The notes under the pieces were generated by a model, which did no database searches, was not told the DNA's origin, and saw only the letters and a program-made list of their open reading frames with translations. Below, piece by piece: positions 63,824 to 64,000 of a stretch of 64,000 nucleotides of DNA. Made by a program: the position numbers and the translations under genes. The number at the start of each line of letters is the position of its first letter. The stretch's first letter is position 1. This DNA is from Myxococcales bacterium (GTDB lineage Bacteria > Myxococcota_A > UBA9160 > SZUA-336), in NCBI GenBank assembly GCA_013215565.1, contig JABSQV010000127.1, positions 2,339 through 66,338 of the forward strand. The letters are read 5' to 3'.

Positions 63824-63898
63824 TCAGTGGTAGAGCATCGGCTTCCCAAGCCGAGGGTCGCGGGTTCGAACCCCGTTTCCCGCTCCAGTTTTTGTGAC
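63824..63898 (+). tRNA. tRNA-Gly (anticodon CCC)
   Basis: Cloverleaf read by hand: acceptor GCGGGAA/TTCCCGC, D-arm GCTC-AGTGGTA-GAGC, anticodon arm TCGGC-TTCCCAA-GCCGA, T-arm GCGGG-TTCGAAC-CCCGT, 3' CCA encoded. Confidence 0.85.
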
Positions 63899-64000
63899 GC
63901 GGGACGCGGGCGGCGCGATCAGTCTGGGGTTACCTCGGTAGACGAGCGCGCGCCGTGGTCCTCCAGCAGTGCGCGGATCGAGTCGCGATGCGTGAGGTCG

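Noticed and set aside
63824-64000. tRNA-Gly as an integration hotspot or start of a genomic island
   Set aside because: No integrase or direct repeat of the tRNA 3' end is visible in the ~100 bp remaining after the tRNA. Cannot be assessed within this window.

Overview
High-GC (~70%) chromosomal core region, most likely from a Myxococcota-like deltaproteobacterium. Two things point there: the mature N-terminus of the major pilin, FTLIELMIVVAIIGILAAIAIPNF, is identical to Myxococcus xanthus PilA; and the pilus gene order matches the M. xanthus pil locus. I see no prophage, transposase, integrase, CRISPR array or defense genes, so this is not an accessory island. The window is dominated by a complete type IVa pilus (T4aP) cluster, pilB-pilT-pilC-pilS-pilR-pilA-pilG/H/I-like-pilD-(orphan sigma-54 activator)-lipoprotein-small HTH-pilM-N-O-P-Q, followed by aroK-aroB-(TPR-like)-(Roadblock/MglC-like)-aroQ. 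Upstream of that lie: birA-nadC; a sigma-28 (FliA)/anti-sigma-28 (FlgM)/response-regulator trio; two divergent sigma-54 activators; a duplicated GT4 glycosyltransferase + SAM-methyltransferase cassette; a peptidoglycan recycling and remodeling block (AnmK, MurU, AmgK, an MBL hydrolase, a C26 peptidase, a peptide ABC importer without ATPase genes, DacB, a lytic transglycosylase); rsmD-coaD; an NtrB/NtrC-type two-component pair; coaBC-nfeD-stomatin-hflK-hflC; lptF/G; and ribF. The window contains six sigma-54 enhancer-binding proteins in total, with a recognisable sigma-54 promoter in front of pilA. A tRNA-Gly(CCC) sits at the 3' end. Many long ORFs in the supplied six-frame track are antisense shadow ORFs typical of high-GC DNA and are not called. 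The most interesting unexplained features are the pilA regulatory architecture (tandem direct repeats upstream of the sigma-54 promoter and in the 5' UTR), the GT4/methyltransferase duplication, the fliA-flgM-response regulator module, and the small regulators and lipoprotein inserted inside the pil cluster.
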